From Calditrichia bacterium (GTDB lineage Bacteria > Calditrichota > Calditrichia > JAJRVZ01), in the NCBI GenBank assembly GCA_963796965.1, contig CAWCNS010000004.1, forward strand, positions 736,001 to 800,000: a stretch of DNA of 64,000 nucleotides, in the 5' to 3' direction. Positions within the stretch are counted from its first letter, which is position 1. Every line of letters starts with the position of its first letter. Under the pieces are notes generated by a model. It was not told the DNA's origin. It did not search any database and saw nothing but the letters and a program-made list of their open reading frames with translations. Below are positions 11,001 to 21,276 of this stretch, in pieces. The position numbers and the translations under genes were made by a program.

Positions 11001-11684
11001 TGTCCCGGAGGGAACACCGCCCGCTTCTCCGTTCTTGGGCAGAGAAAAGATATCATAATAAGGTCCCGTTTGGGTGGCAGAATTAGCAGTATGTGTCTCA
11101 TGATTTCCAATCGTCGGCCAAACAACGGAATTTTGTAAAAGAATCGGGTACATTTCAAATAGGGCATTTTGAAATTCGCTATCCGTGCCATCGACGTAGG
11201 CATTATCACCTAACATTAACCACAAATCCGTTGGCGTCGAATCGGCATAGCTATAATAGGCATCTCTGACATTTGCCTGATTTTGATTTGCCGTGCCCGG
11301 ATCGCCAATGATCCAGATGCTTAATTTATCATTAGAACCTACAAGGGGAGATGTTTCAAAAAAATAGTCTAATCCGCTGCTGCTGATGGTACCAACACTG
11401 CCCACAGAATAATAGTATTTTGTATCCGGGATAAGATCATTTAAAAGAATCTCATGTTCAGTGGTGAGTTCGGCCTCACTCACACTTAATAAAAGGGAAT
11501 CGGAATGTAGGCCATAATTAATCTGACTGCTCGTTGCTATTTCGGTTCGCCAGCGAATGATCATACTTTCCGGTGTGCCCTGTTGTAAATAGGGTCCCCG
11601 TATAATAGGATAATCAAAGCCAAAAAGATCAATGGCTACGAATAAAAAGAATAGGATGATTATTTTTATATTGCGGTTTAACAT
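8028..11684 (-). CDS. Secreted purple-acid-phosphatase-like metallophosphoesterase with cadherin-like/tandem-95 repeats and C-terminal sorting domain
   Basis: Signal peptide; RGPYLQ FN3-like N-domain; GD, LGDNAY, GNHE and GHSHSYER metallophosphoesterase motifs; NDPP-led Ig-like repeats; QNYPNPFNP tail. Confidence 0.9.
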   Translation of the reverse strand: MLNRNIKIIILFFLFVAIDLFGFDYPIIRGPYLQQGTPESMIIRWRTEIATSSQINYGLHSDSLLLSVSEAELTTEHEILLNDLIPDTKYYYSVGSVGTISSSGLDYFFETSPLVGSNDKLSIWIIGDPGTANQNQANVRDAYYSYADSTPTDLWLMLGDNAYVDGTDSEFQNALFEMYPILLQNSVVWPTIGNHETHTANSATQTGPYYDIFSLPKNGEAGGVPSGTEAYYSYNYANIHFICLNSCDFSSSDYDIMLDWLNQDLLVNDQIWTIAYCHMPPYSKGSHDSDTEGQLIDVRELIVPILEDAGVDLLLGGHSHSYERSFLMNGHYGSSNSITDAMYLDDGDGRKDGDGPYRKPSLKNGAHEGTVYAVVGSSGKVTVDGTLDHPAIFTSFFELGSLVLSVEFNKLDAVFLDDGGNQLDYFSIIKGDNRESNDPPIVNEIPGQTIMEGTSFDALMLDHFVIDLDHTDDQMNWVANGQSNLSIVIDDNRVATISVNDSNWAGQETILFTATDPEGLSGSDSVLFIVENINDPPVVDDIADQTRDEGVIFESITLDTFVTDLDNSDEEITWKVSGQLNLNVVIDEQRVATITAIDSNWFGTESLLFTATDPEGLSDSDSITCTVNPVNDQPQISPIPDQTIVEDSLFKPIMLDDFVNDPDNDDDQINWVANGQLNLTVLIDENRVATITVIDTNWFGNETILFTASDSAGLSDSDSVLFIVENMNDPPVVDDIADQTRDEGVIFESITLDTFVTDLDNSDEEITWKVSGQLNLNVVIDEQRVATITAIDSNWFGTESLLFTATDPEGLSDSDSITCTVNPVNDQPQISPIPDQTIVEDSLFKPIMLDDFVNDPDNDDDQINWVANGQLNLTVLIDENRVATITVIDTNWFGNETILFTASDSAGLSDSDSVLFIVENINDPPIIITLDRLLCKEDFKLNLNFTYLYDFVTDEDNPDSTLFFSLNSSEYLSVLAVSDSFIITPKDNWYGLDTLKIRVSDGHLSDSTDLFIQVTPLNDPPEIVNLPDEIQLDPDSSKILVLKDHVTDIDSNSDSLRWNFVVTNDSLIVVHDPKTGLLTLSAPNYSGETELICIVRDDSLASDTDTILVHSRVITKIEDYTMGKPKDYALMQNYPNPFNPTTAITYSLPEQSHIQIEIYNLLGQRSDVLVDAEKNAGNYITSWDGSNLPSGIYFICLRAEGLDSKKNFVQVKKAVLLK
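8911..10118. repeat. Near-identical 582-bp intragenic tandem duplication
   Basis: Unit starts at 8911, 9493 and 10075; only a handful of substitutions between copies. Confidence 0.95.
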
Positions 11685-11925
11685 TACATTTAAATGGTAG
11701 GTAGTTGGTTAAATATTGTGTGATCTAAAACTGGCAAAAGTAAAAAACTTTAAAAAAGATTCAAAGGAATAATCGAAAGTTAATACCTGTCAGTACCCTT
11801 TAATATATACTAGAAACTTTGCTAGCGCAACAATTAGATTACGTTTCAGATTAATTTGATTATCCCCGCTGTATGTGTATATTTTGTTCCTGTCCTCCCT
11901 CAAAAAACAGTTAAGATCTTTTGCT

Positions 11926-13521
11926 ATGAAAAAAACATTCCCGATATATTTCACCATTTTTTTAATTTTCTTTTTTTATTTGCCTGATGCTGTTTCTCAA
12001 CCATCTCCTCTTAAAAAGAATCAGGATCGTAAAACGGATGCGATCAGGGCTGAGACCGTCGCTTATCTTAACTTTATTGATCCCGGCGTTACCCCTTTCA
12101 CTGGCTATCGCTGGTGCGATGTGGCCGGAAATTTATACAGCGATAGTTACCGTACCAGCTACCGCTATGATGACACTGATGTGCAGGTACAGATCAGTTT
12201 TGAGCAAAGCGATAGCACCTGGCATGGACAACTTTCCGCGACCCATTTGAAACCCAATTTTGCCTATCAACTCAAGCTGAACGGGATTTCGGGGATGGCA
12301 TCCAATGAGCGGATCGGGCTGGCCGGGCGTTGGTGGCAGGAGGAGTGGGATGGCAGCCAGTGGAGCAATGGACAAAACCTGAACAATAAAGATGATGGCA
12401 CCTCCCCCAATCCCAATGATCTTGTCTATTTTGCCCGGCGTGATGTGGCCGATGCGACCAGTCCTACCGGTCTGCACTACCGTTATACCGGTTATCTGGT
12501 ATTTGATTATTTCATAACCGATGAAAACGGCGATGCCCTGCTGGATTTCGAAGCAAACAGCAGTTATCATGTTCTCTGGAATACAATTCAAACGACGCCT
12601 TCGTCTAATGACGGGCCTTCCAAAACAGCCAGTTTTGATCCCGATCCGGCCCAAACTGCCTACGATTATGATTACCCGGCGGCGACGATGACGATTTTCG
12701 GTGAATGGGAACGCTTGCCGGTCGGAGAGGTTTATTTAGCCACCGGTAACTACGACTGCCAGATTATTCTGACCGAAGAATCATTCCACGGCTGGCCGCC
12801 GGGCGGTTCCTTTACCGGGCAATGGGCAGCCGCTATGGGAACAACTATTCAATTTACGATTGTAAAAGATGATCCGCTCCCCGTGCAACTTTCATCCTTT
12901 TATGCCGAAGCAGGCAATTCATCTGTATTTGTCCGCTGGGTGACGGAAAGTGAACTAAATCATGCCGGTTTTGAACTCTTAAGATCCTTGCAGCAGACGG
13001 AAGGATTTTCGCCTGTCTCTGATTATCGTAGCAATTCTGATTTAGCCGGGCAGGGTAACAGCAGTATCAAACATGACTATGCCTATATTGATTGTGATGT
13101 TGTAGCGGGGCAATCCTATTGGTATAAATTAGTTGATATAGACCTTAGTGGGCAGCGAACCTATCATGGACCGGTTCATGTTTTTTTTCCGAGTAATAAA
13201 GGATTAAACCATCTATCATCTGATATCCTGGAAGCGTTTATATTGTATACGAATTTCCCTAATCCCTTTAATTCTATAACTATGATAAGGTTTGACCTTC
13301 CCAGTAGCAATCAGCTCCAGAATACCATTAGTTTAGCGATTTATAACAGCAGTGGTCAAAAAGTGCGGACGCTCTATCAGGGTTATCTTGCCAGCGGCTC
13401 CTTTGAAATCGCCTGGGATGGCAGATCGGATAGGGGGCTGGGGGTGGCAAGCGGAATTTATTTTGTCGTTTTAAATATGGGAGGCAAAGTAAAAACCGGG
13501 AAAATCATGTTGATGAAATAA
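11926..13521 (+). CDS. Secreted protein with unknown N-terminal domain and PLPVQLSSF / FlgD-Ig-like C-terminal sorting region
   Basis: Signal peptide MKKTFPIYFTIFLIFFF; PLPVQLSSF...W.TESE motif; NFPNPFN...WDGRSDRG...ASGIYF tail. Confidence 0.8.
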   Translation: MKKTFPIYFTIFLIFFFYLPDAVSQPSPLKKNQDRKTDAIRAETVAYLNFIDPGVTPFTGYRWCDVAGNLYSDSYRTSYRYDDTDVQVQISFEQSDSTWHGQLSATHLKPNFAYQLKLNGISGMASNERIGLAGRWWQEEWDGSQWSNGQNLNNKDDGTSPNPNDLVYFARRDVADATSPTGLHYRYTGYLVFDYFITDENGDALLDFEANSSYHVLWNTIQTTPSSNDGPSKTASFDPDPAQTAYDYDYPAATMTIFGEWERLPVGEVYLATGNYDCQIILTEESFHGWPPGGSFTGQWAAAMGTTIQFTIVKDDPLPVQLSSFYAEAGNSSVFVRWVTESELNHAGFELLRSLQQTEGFSPVSDYRSNSDLAGQGNSSIKHDYAYIDCDVVAGQSYWYKLVDIDLSGQRTYHGPVHVFFPSNKGLNHLSSDILEAFILYTNFPNPFNSITMIRFDLPSSNQLQNTISLAIYNSSGQKVRTLYQGYLASGSFEIAWDGRSDRGLGVASGIYFVVLNMGGKVKTGKIMLMK

Positions 13522-13955
13522 GGTGATTTTGGCGCGTCATCAAAATAAATCAATCAGGACACAGAGATCACTGAGGCCATTCAGATAATTTAAAAATAAT
13601 ATATAAAATTTTCTCTGCGCACGCTGTGGCTATAAAAAATCAATGGTATATCAAGAAAAGCGTTTATCCTGTAATAATAAGAAAAGATAAACACAAAGAA
13701 CCCAAAGAACACCCAAAGAACACCAAGAAAATATTTTATGATTTTAGATTATACCAACCTAAGAATTAATTCTTAAACTATGGATGGTGCTAACCAAAAT
13801 ATAAAAACCAGATATTTCTTGGCGTACTTTGTGTTTGGTCTTTTCTAATTATTTTCAACTTTTACTTGCTCGCTTAGGATAAAGTCTTGTATTATTAATG
13901 ATCGCAATATAAAATTTTGTAAATTACTTTACACATATAAAACCTGAGGAAACAG

Positions 13956-15872
13956 ATGATGACCCGTCTTGTCAACTTGCAAAGAATTCTCAATTTTTCA
14001 TTTCTTCTATGGCTATTATTCGGAGGTAGTCTTGCCGCTATCTCAGCCTTTTCTCAGACTGTGAACGTGAGCAAGGCACAACCCACGGTAATCACACAAG
14101 CACAGAACACAGGGATGAATTTGCAGTTTCCTGTTACTATTCAGCTCAACGGTGATCTGGCCCAACGCATCGCCCTTACCGAACGTCGGCTGCAGAGCCA
14201 CCCCTTTGATCTGGAGTTCATTGTACAGGATGTTGCCCGCATTGAAGGGAATCACCGGCGCTTTGAGGAATATGAAGGCGATGTCTCAGGCCGTGTGCTC
14301 GGTGCTTGGAGTTACATCTCCCGCCTCACCGCCAAACACCCGGCCCGGCTCGATAGCATTGCCGCACGGGTGTTGCAATACCAATCCCCGCAAGGGTGGT
14401 TTGGTCGTGATCAGCGCGGGGAAGCCTTCGACATGTGGGGGCGTCAGAATTTCGGCCATGGCCGCTTGCTTGTTGGCCTGGTCAACTACTATAAACTTAG
14501 TGGTGATGAGGTTGTTCGCGCTGCGGCGACAAAACTCGCTGATTACTTTGTGGCTACGATCCCTCTCTGGACCACAGCCTACGAAGAGAATCCGTGGAAA
14601 AAGACGGGAAAAATCGATTGGGCAAACAACACCTCAAACCGGCTTCACTTTATTAAAACGCACCAGACATCCGTTCTGGAAGGGTTGATGCTGCTGTATG
14701 GTATCTCGCCGGATCCGACCTATCTCGATGCCGGGCGGAAGATCGTCGACCTTTTCCCGGATTTTGGTCAGTTTCATTCCCACTCCTATATGAACACATT
14801 GGTTGGTGTGGGTATGCTTTATCAGTATACAGGTGAAAAACGCTATCTTGATCTGCTTCTCAAAAACTACTGGCAAGAGATAACACCTCGAAGTATGCCC
14901 GCTGATGGTGCTATTTGTGAATGGTTCCCAAGAGATAATCGCAGTGAAGGTTGTTCAATTACAGACTGGTTGAGGCTCAACTTAAAGATGTGGGAGATCA
15001 CCCGGGAGGCAATCTACATCGAACAAGTCGAGCGTACCTGGTTGAACGGGCTCAACTTTCACCAAACCGCTAACGGGGTCTTCGGTCATGCCAACCTTAC
15101 CCCGACAGGTTACACGGCCGATTATTCTGAGGCCTGGTGGTGTTGCCTTATGCACGGGTTGTTTGCCTATGCAGAGATCGTTGAGCATACGGCAGCGGCG
15201 CAAGGCAATGACCTCTGGTTCAATCTTTATACGCCGATGTCATTCGTCCTGCAGGACCAGAACTTAAGGGTTGAAACTTCCTATCCGGCAAAGGGCATGA
15301 TTAAGGTCATACCCGCTGCAAAGGGTAAAAAAACCATCCATTTGCGCATACCAGCATGGGTAGATCAATTCGAGGTACGCATTAACGACACGGTCGCAAG
15401 CGGGGAGATGGATAAAGGTTATTTTGTGATCACACGAATCTGGCAGCCGGAAGAAACGATTACACTCAGTTTTCCGGTCGGGTTAAGGATCGAAGACCTG
15501 CGCGGAAATTCGTTAGGGGATATGCGCGATCCTGGTGATTACCTGTACAGCGCCTACCTTTTCCACGGTCCCCTGATGCTGGGCATCGACACGCACTTCA
15601 ACCAGGCGTTTCCGCAGGTATTAATGTTCAGCACAGTTGGGGATTACCAACTACCCTTCACCCCCGGACCCTTTGCCATCGAAGGTGCCCGCTATCAATT
15701 GCCCGCACAGTTTAACGGGCACAAAGGCAGTGCTATCCTGATACCGTTGAGTGAGCAAACGGGTTATGCCGACTGGACAAATAATTTGCAGAATTTTATT
15801 CGTGATGGAGAAAAACCGATTCAGCGCGCGGCTGTGCAGACCCGACATCAGATCCAGATAGTAAAAGAATAG
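13956..15872 (+). CDS. GH127-like beta-L-arabinofuranosidase family glycoside hydrolase, secreted
   Basis: SEGCSITDW, EQVERTWLNG, WWCCLMHG (zinc-binding cysteines), NLYTP, LRIPAW and GPLML; signal peptide. Confidence 0.8.
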   Translation: MMTRLVNLQRILNFSFLLWLLFGGSLAAISAFSQTVNVSKAQPTVITQAQNTGMNLQFPVTIQLNGDLAQRIALTERRLQSHPFDLEFIVQDVARIEGNHRRFEEYEGDVSGRVLGAWSYISRLTAKHPARLDSIAARVLQYQSPQGWFGRDQRGEAFDMWGRQNFGHGRLLVGLVNYYKLSGDEVVRAAATKLADYFVATIPLWTTAYEENPWKKTGKIDWANNTSNRLHFIKTHQTSVLEGLMLLYGISPDPTYLDAGRKIVDLFPDFGQFHSHSYMNTLVGVGMLYQYTGEKRYLDLLLKNYWQEITPRSMPADGAICEWFPRDNRSEGCSITDWLRLNLKMWEITREAIYIEQVERTWLNGLNFHQTANGVFGHANLTPTGYTADYSEAWWCCLMHGLFAYAEIVEHTAAAQGNDLWFNLYTPMSFVLQDQNLRVETSYPAKGMIKVIPAAKGKKTIHLRIPAWVDQFEVRINDTVASGEMDKGYFVITRIWQPEETITLSFPVGLRIEDLRGNSLGDMRDPGDYLYSAYLFHGPLMLGIDTHFNQAFPQVLMFSTVGDYQLPFTPGPFAIEGARYQLPAQFNGHKGSAILIPLSEQTGYADWTNNLQNFIRDGEKPIQRAAVQTRHQIQIVKE

Positions 15873-16125
15873 AATAATCCATACTGGCCCATCTCTCTTT
15901 ATTACTCGATCCTATAGAGACTTCAGTCACCCATCTTTATATCTTATGAGCACCGTTTTTCTTTAATCTTAAATCTGACAAGGAATTCCCCCAATTATTA
16001 ATTATGTCAAAAAACTGTCGATAATGTTATTACTGTCCTAATATAACCGACATGGTGCGAAATTTATATTCCGGCAGGAGACAATATCTCATTAATTGGC
16101 AGGAATCTCCGAATGGAGGGGATGT

Positions 16126-16443
16126 ATGAAAATTCAGATTTATACGGATGATGGTAAATTATTAGATACCATAGAAGAAGTACATGTAAACCTTAAATCT
16201 CAGTTTGGGATGGGAAAACTATTAGATAAACTTCTTGATGTCTATAAAAATAAATACATGGCCTATATGTATGAAAAATATAAAATGGAACGCCGCAGCG
16301 GAGGGGAACGCCGCGGTGATGAAACTTCCACCCAAATTCTCCCGACCTTCCTAACAACGACATTCCAGATATTTCTTTCATATATTTTTACCGCAAAGAC
16401 GCAAAGTAGGCGCAAAGCACGCAAAGTTTTATTAAGATTTTAG
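16126..16443 (+). CDS. Hypothetical protein
   Basis: GGAGGGG RBS before MKIQIYTDDG; contains ERRSGGERR. The 3' end runs into a REP-like repeat, so it is uncertain. Confidence 0.45.
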   Translation: MKIQIYTDDGKLLDTIEEVHVNLKSQFGMGKLLDKLLDVYKNKYMAYMYEKYKMERRSGGERRGDETSTQILPTFLTTTFQIFLSYIFTAKTQSRRKARKVLLRF

Positions 16444-16668
16444 TTTTGTTTACCACAAAGGTCACCAGAAGGCAAAAGTCACAAAAATTGATTACAAATT
16501 ATATATATTTTTTCTTTGTGCTTTGGTGCATACTTTGTGCTCTTTGTGGTTTATTTTTTTACGATTCAATTTTTTGAATTTTGAGAATTTCTACCTATAT
16601 TAATCTAAACAAATTGACAATTGTCAATAGGCATTTGATACTTTCATATTGTAACAGGGGCGCGATAT

Positions 16669-16881
16669 ATGGATGGTGTAAAATCTTGTTCAAAGTGTCA
16701 CGGTGAAATGAAGAAAGGCCGGCTCTATACGCCAAAGGCGGATGTATCTGCTGAAGAATATTTTGATTATGTAAATTGGGAAGCGGCGGACGAAAAACGG
16801 TTTGGTGGATTATTTGCCTACAAATGCGATGGTTGTGGCTTTATTGAATTTTATGTGGAAAGCCGTCCACGAAAAAAATAA
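16669..16881 (+). CDS. Small zinc-ribbon protein (PF20097-like)
   Basis: CSKC-x-GEMKKG...AYKCDGCGFIEFY. Confidence 0.7.
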   Translation: MDGVKSCSKCHGEMKKGRLYTPKADVSAEEYFDYVNWEAADEKRFGGLFAYKCDGCGFIEFYVESRPRKK

Positions 16882-17048
16882 ACTATCTCCTTGTGAAAAA
16901 TTAACACTAACCTCAATAATTATCCGAAGCTACCACTAAGACATTACGTCACAAAGTTATAATTATTTCTCTGCGTCGTTGCGTCGTTGCGGCGCTGCGA
17001 GAGATAAATTGACTGTGGTATATTTATTTGTATCATGGAGGATGTCTG

Positions 17049-18002
17049 ATGTTTCAAATTCTTGAAGAACAACAAAATGATCTTACCCGTTTGAAAATAG
17101 TTAATGAGAAGACAGGGGAATATGTATCAATAATTCCCCAGTATGGTGCAAATATAAATGAACTGGTTCTTAGAAATAAATCCGGATTATATTCTGTCCT
17201 GGATGGTAATAAAAAAAATGAGGATTTTGCTGGTGGAGGGATATATAATAGCGCCAAAATGATTCCTTTTCCCAATCGCATAGAGGATGGAAGTTATGCT
17301 TTTAAAGGAAAAGACTACCAATTGGACATGAATTTCCCTCATGAAAAAAATGCTATCCATGGATTAATATGTGACAAACCATTCAATGTCTTAAATAAAA
17401 AGGCCACAGAATTATCTGGTGAGATTAGTTTTGCTTTTCAATATGATCAAGAGCATAAAGGATTTCCCTTTAAATTTGAAACCCGGATTTCATGTAATCT
17501 TGTAGGCGGTGAAGGGCTTGTTTGCACCACAAGGGTGACAAACAATGGTCAGCAGTCCATGCCTTTCGGTGATGGCTGGCATCCCTATTTTAAGTTTGAT
17601 AAAAAAGTTGACGACATTTATTTAAAATTTTTATCAAAACATATCATCGACGTTGATCATCGTTCCATCCCCACAGGCAAAGTGGAGGAATACGATGAGT
17701 TTCATACCCTTAAACCAATTAAGGATACAGAGTTCGATTCATGCTTTTTGCTTCAGGGGGAGGGAAAAATTCATCGAGCAGAAATCTACGACGCACAGAA
17801 AGATGTTACGGTAATTGTTTGGCAAGAGATCGGTTCACAGGCCTATAATTATCTACAAGTGTACATTCCCCAATCGCGTATGTCTATCGCCCTGGAACCA
17901 ATGACATGTAATATTAATGCTTTTAATAATCAGGATGGGCTTATAATATTGGAACCGGGTGATTCTTTCGAGGGTCGGTATGGGGTCAGTATTTCCTATT
18001 AA
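17049..18002 (+). CDS. Aldose 1-epimerase family protein
   Basis: PFPNRIEDG, NAIHG, GWHPYF and QVYIP...IALEPMT motifs; GGAGG RBS. Confidence 0.9.
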   Translation: MFQILEEQQNDLTRLKIVNEKTGEYVSIIPQYGANINELVLRNKSGLYSVLDGNKKNEDFAGGGIYNSAKMIPFPNRIEDGSYAFKGKDYQLDMNFPHEKNAIHGLICDKPFNVLNKKATELSGEISFAFQYDQEHKGFPFKFETRISCNLVGGEGLVCTTRVTNNGQQSMPFGDGWHPYFKFDKKVDDIYLKFLSKHIIDVDHRSIPTGKVEEYDEFHTLKPIKDTEFDSCFLLQGEGKIHRAEIYDAQKDVTVIVWQEIGSQAYNYLQVYIPQSRMSIALEPMTCNINAFNNQDGLIILEPGDSFEGRYGVSISY

Positions 18003-18389
18003 TTAAATCTTGGATATATGGTTAATAGGGAAAATCCGGAATTGTTTTTGGACTAGATAAACAGAATATTTTAATATACTTAAATAAGTAAAACTCTTCG
18101 CGGCTTTCGTGGCATTTTCGTGACCCTTCGTGAAACTAATAACTATCACGAAGGGACACGAAACAATAGGTAGTGTCATCCCGATAGAATCGGGATATAA
18201 AAAAATGAAAAATAGGATTAAAAGATGAAACCGCAGAGAACACAGAGGGGAGATAATTTTAATCATCGTTAACATAAATGTAATCAATAGATTACTCAGT
18301 GTACTCTGCCTGCCCCGTAAAGTCTGACGGAGTCAGATTAGTACGGGGGGGCTATTTTTTACATTACCAAATAATATTTAAAGGAAAAA

Positions 18390-19022
18390 ATGAAAATTAA
18401 TCAAAATAACGGTGTGACTTCAAAGATCGTTTCCATTTTTATAGTGGGACTCATATATGCTATCCTCCGCTATAATGTGTTTAAAGGCGTGCCTTTGGAA
18501 AACTTTCCCCTGTATACCATGAACAAAGTTTTTGCGCTAACCGGCATTACCTTATTAATGCTATCCACTCTTATAAAAAGATTTAAGGGTACGGAAAATA
18601 ATAATCGATTCGCAAAAGAATTTGGACAGGTTGGATTCTCATTTATCATTATTCACGTTCTCAGTTCTTTACCTTTATTAAATGAAAATTACTTTAACAA
18701 GTTTTATAATCAGGGTAAATTTAATTTGATCGGAGAATTGAGCCTGTTGTTTGGTATAACCGCTCTCTTTTTTATGTCATTTAATCAAGTTCGACTCTTT
18801 GTTAAAAGTTGCAATAATGAGAATGCAGAAGTAAATGATAAGTATAAAGGCCTCAGTTTATTGGGAATTATTCTGACTTTGGGGCATGTATTGGTTATGG
18901 GTTTCAATGGATGGCTAACCCCATCATTATGGCCTGGTTATATGGTACCTATAAGCCTGCTTAGTTTCCTGATACTCATGGTAGCCCTGTTAGCGAGATT
19001 GAAAAGCCCTTCTCACCAATAG
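18390..19022 (+). CDS. Ferric-reductase-like (MsrQ/STEAP-type) heme-b membrane protein
   Basis: About six TM helices; NK.FAL, G..GF...IHV.SSL, GHVLVMG and WP...P.SL, with two membrane histidines. Confidence 0.6.
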   Translation: MKINQNNGVTSKIVSIFIVGLIYAILRYNVFKGVPLENFPLYTMNKVFALTGITLLMLSTLIKRFKGTENNNRFAKEFGQVGFSFIIIHVLSSLPLLNENYFNKFYNQGKFNLIGELSLLFGITALFFMSFNQVRLFVKSCNNENAEVNDKYKGLSLLGIILTLGHVLVMGFNGWLTPSLWPGYMVPISLLSFLILMVALLARLKSPSHQ

Positions 19023-19180
19023 TGAATTAAATAAGTTTAAAAAATCCAAATTGTTCCTATAACCTGGCATTAAAACGGACGAGCAATCTGAAAACAAATT
19101 TTTAATTCAATCTAATGCGACTAAATATTAAGACGATTATAATAATAAAGATAGGTCCCTGGATAAAATTATATATATGA

Positions 19181-19456
19181 GTGAAAAATATAATGGAACT
19201 TATAAAAATTGATCCCATTCCGGTTTGGAAATTTTTTGAGATACCTGAAGATGCTATAGAACGGTGTAAAAAACGTGCCCATAAAAAAGGGATGCGCTCA
19301 CAGGAAGGTCTTTACTGGAAAAGAGCAGCAACATTCTTGGAGACCGTGAGAGCCAGTACCGTAGATAAATTACCTGAGCGCGATTTTGACTGGATGCTCA
19401 AATTAAGGGTTCAATTCGAAAATGAATTAGAACGAATTAAATCACAAAACAATTAA
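19181..19456 (+). CDS. Hypothetical protein
   Basis: 91-aa ORF with protein-like composition; no recognised motif. Confidence 0.5.
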   Translation: MKNIMELIKIDPIPVWKFFEIPEDAIERCKKRAHKKGMRSQEGLYWKRAATFLETVRASTVDKLPERDFDWMLKLRVQFENELERIKSQNN

Positions 19457-19586
19457 ATAAATAATCCTTCCCCAGTTATTGCCAGCGATTTATATTTATT
19501 AAACCCGTGGATGAACACTCTTTGTATAGGTAGCCTGAAACAAGTATCATTTGAACATTTGAGTAAACAATTCTATATTAAATGCC

Positions 19587-20300
19587 ATGGATCTTTCAAT
19601 AATAATTCCTGCTCTAAACGAAGAAAAAAAAATCGCCAATGATATTCTGGCCGCGAGCACTTTTCTGATGGATGCCAATATGTCTGGTGAAATAATTATT
19701 GTTGATGATGGAAGTAAGGATGATACCTCACGTGTCGCAATTAATTGTCATGTTCCGGAACCGGTATCGGTTAAAATTATCAGATATGAATATCATCGTG
19801 GTAAAGGACATGCGGTAAGAATGGGTATTGCCGATTCCAAAGGTGACTTTGTGATGTTTATGGATAGTGGTAATAATGTGCCCCTTTATTATATCACTAC
19901 GGGTCTGGATTTAATAAAAAGTGGTAAGTGTCATATTGCCATGGGATCAAGAAAACTTCCGGCTAGTAAGATCCGCAAGCATCTTGTCTGGTATCGACGA
20001 ATTACATCTATGATCTTTGGCAAATTTATCAGATTTTACTTTAATATTCCCAGGCATCTTACTGATACGCAATGTGGATTTAAGATTTATAATGGTGAAA
20101 TTGCAAGAGAATTATATCTGGATTCTCTTGCTGATGGATTTGCTTTTGATCTTGAAATTATATTAAGGGCAAAATCAGTGGGATATAAGTTGATGGAATT
20201 TCCAATTGAGTGGTCATGTGATCGCGATTCCCGGCTTTCGATTTTTTCTTCGGGAAAAATATTCGGCGAACTGAAAAGAATCAAAAAACTACTACGTTAA
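19587..20300 (+). CDS. GT2 polyprenyl-phosphate glycosyltransferase (DPM/DPG synthase-like)
   Basis: SIIIPALNEE, IVDDGSKDDT, RGKGHAVR, DTQCGFK and FAFDLEII. Confidence 0.9.
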   Translation: MDLSIIIPALNEEKKIANDILAASTFLMDANMSGEIIIVDDGSKDDTSRVAINCHVPEPVSVKIIRYEYHRGKGHAVRMGIADSKGDFVMFMDSGNNVPLYYITTGLDLIKSGKCHIAMGSRKLPASKIRKHLVWYRRITSMIFGKFIRFYFNIPRHLTDTQCGFKIYNGEIARELYLDSLADGFAFDLEIILRAKSVGYKLMEFPIEWSCDRDSRLSIFSSGKIFGELKRIKKLLR

Positions 20301-21250
20301 TTTTTCAAACTCCCCAAATGTAATGGTCTGTTTATTTCTGCTTCTGTCATCCCGCAGTATCAATGCAGATATCTCCCGATTATCAGAAATATATTTATAA
20401 ATAACATCCTCTGGCATGATCATAAAAGCGGTTGAAAGGGCATCACCAAGTGCCGCGGACGGGGTATAGGTCCAGGCAGCCACTCTGTCTTCCACAGGAA
20501 AACCTGTGTAAGGATTGATGATATGTGAACCTTTTTGTAAACCAGATCCACTGATAGAGGCAAATCTCAAATTTATGCTCTGAATTACTTCCTGGGGCTT
20601 CTCGGGATCACTGATCGTTAATGGCCACCCAGCCAATTTGCCCGGACTGTCCAGAGCAAGAGTAGAACTCCTGCCACCATGTAATAAGGCAACAGAAATA
20701 TCCCATTCCATTAATATTTCAGCCATACGATCCAGTGCATAGCCTTTTCCATAGCCCCCCAAATCCAATTGGACATCATCAATCAGCAAGGTAACCTCAT
20801 GACTGACTGGATTTATTTCCAACTTTTCTCTGCCCATGTATTTTAATAAATTATTTAACTGTGACTCAAATTGGCTATCGCTATATTCTTGTCTATTGCG
20901 CCATAATTTTATCAAAGGTCCTGAGCTGATGTCAAAGGCCCCTTCCGTATCCCTATATAAAGTTTGGCAAGCCTGTAGACAATTGAAAACATCCGGACCT
21001 ACAATTACGGACTGATTCTTGCTTAAACTGTTTATTCGGGATATATCACTATTCTCGATATAACGGCTGAGCTCCTGTTCAAGATGATCCAATTCGCTAA
21101 ATGCTTCGTCCGCTGCCTGGGAGGCATATCCTTGGTCTTTATGACAATAAATATTTCAAAAATTGTCGCCATGGCTTCATGAGAAAAGCGGTGGATTCCG
21201 TTTTTCTCCAACCAATCTTCGCGGCTAGTTTGTAAATCGATTTCGCTCAT
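20292..21250 (-). CDS. apbE: FAD:protein FMN transferase (one frameshift near 21145; no signal peptide visible)
   Basis: HEAMATIFEI, LSRYIENSDISRIN, TEGAFDIS, LDLGGYGKGYALD, SGS...HIINPYTG and DALSTAF. Confidence 0.85.
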
Positions 21251-21276
21251 TTATAATGCCTTCGCACCCTTTCCTG

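Noticed and set aside
16669..16881. CSKCH as a heme c attachment motif
   Set aside because: No signal peptide, and a second CxxC pair indicates a cytoplasmic zinc ribbon.
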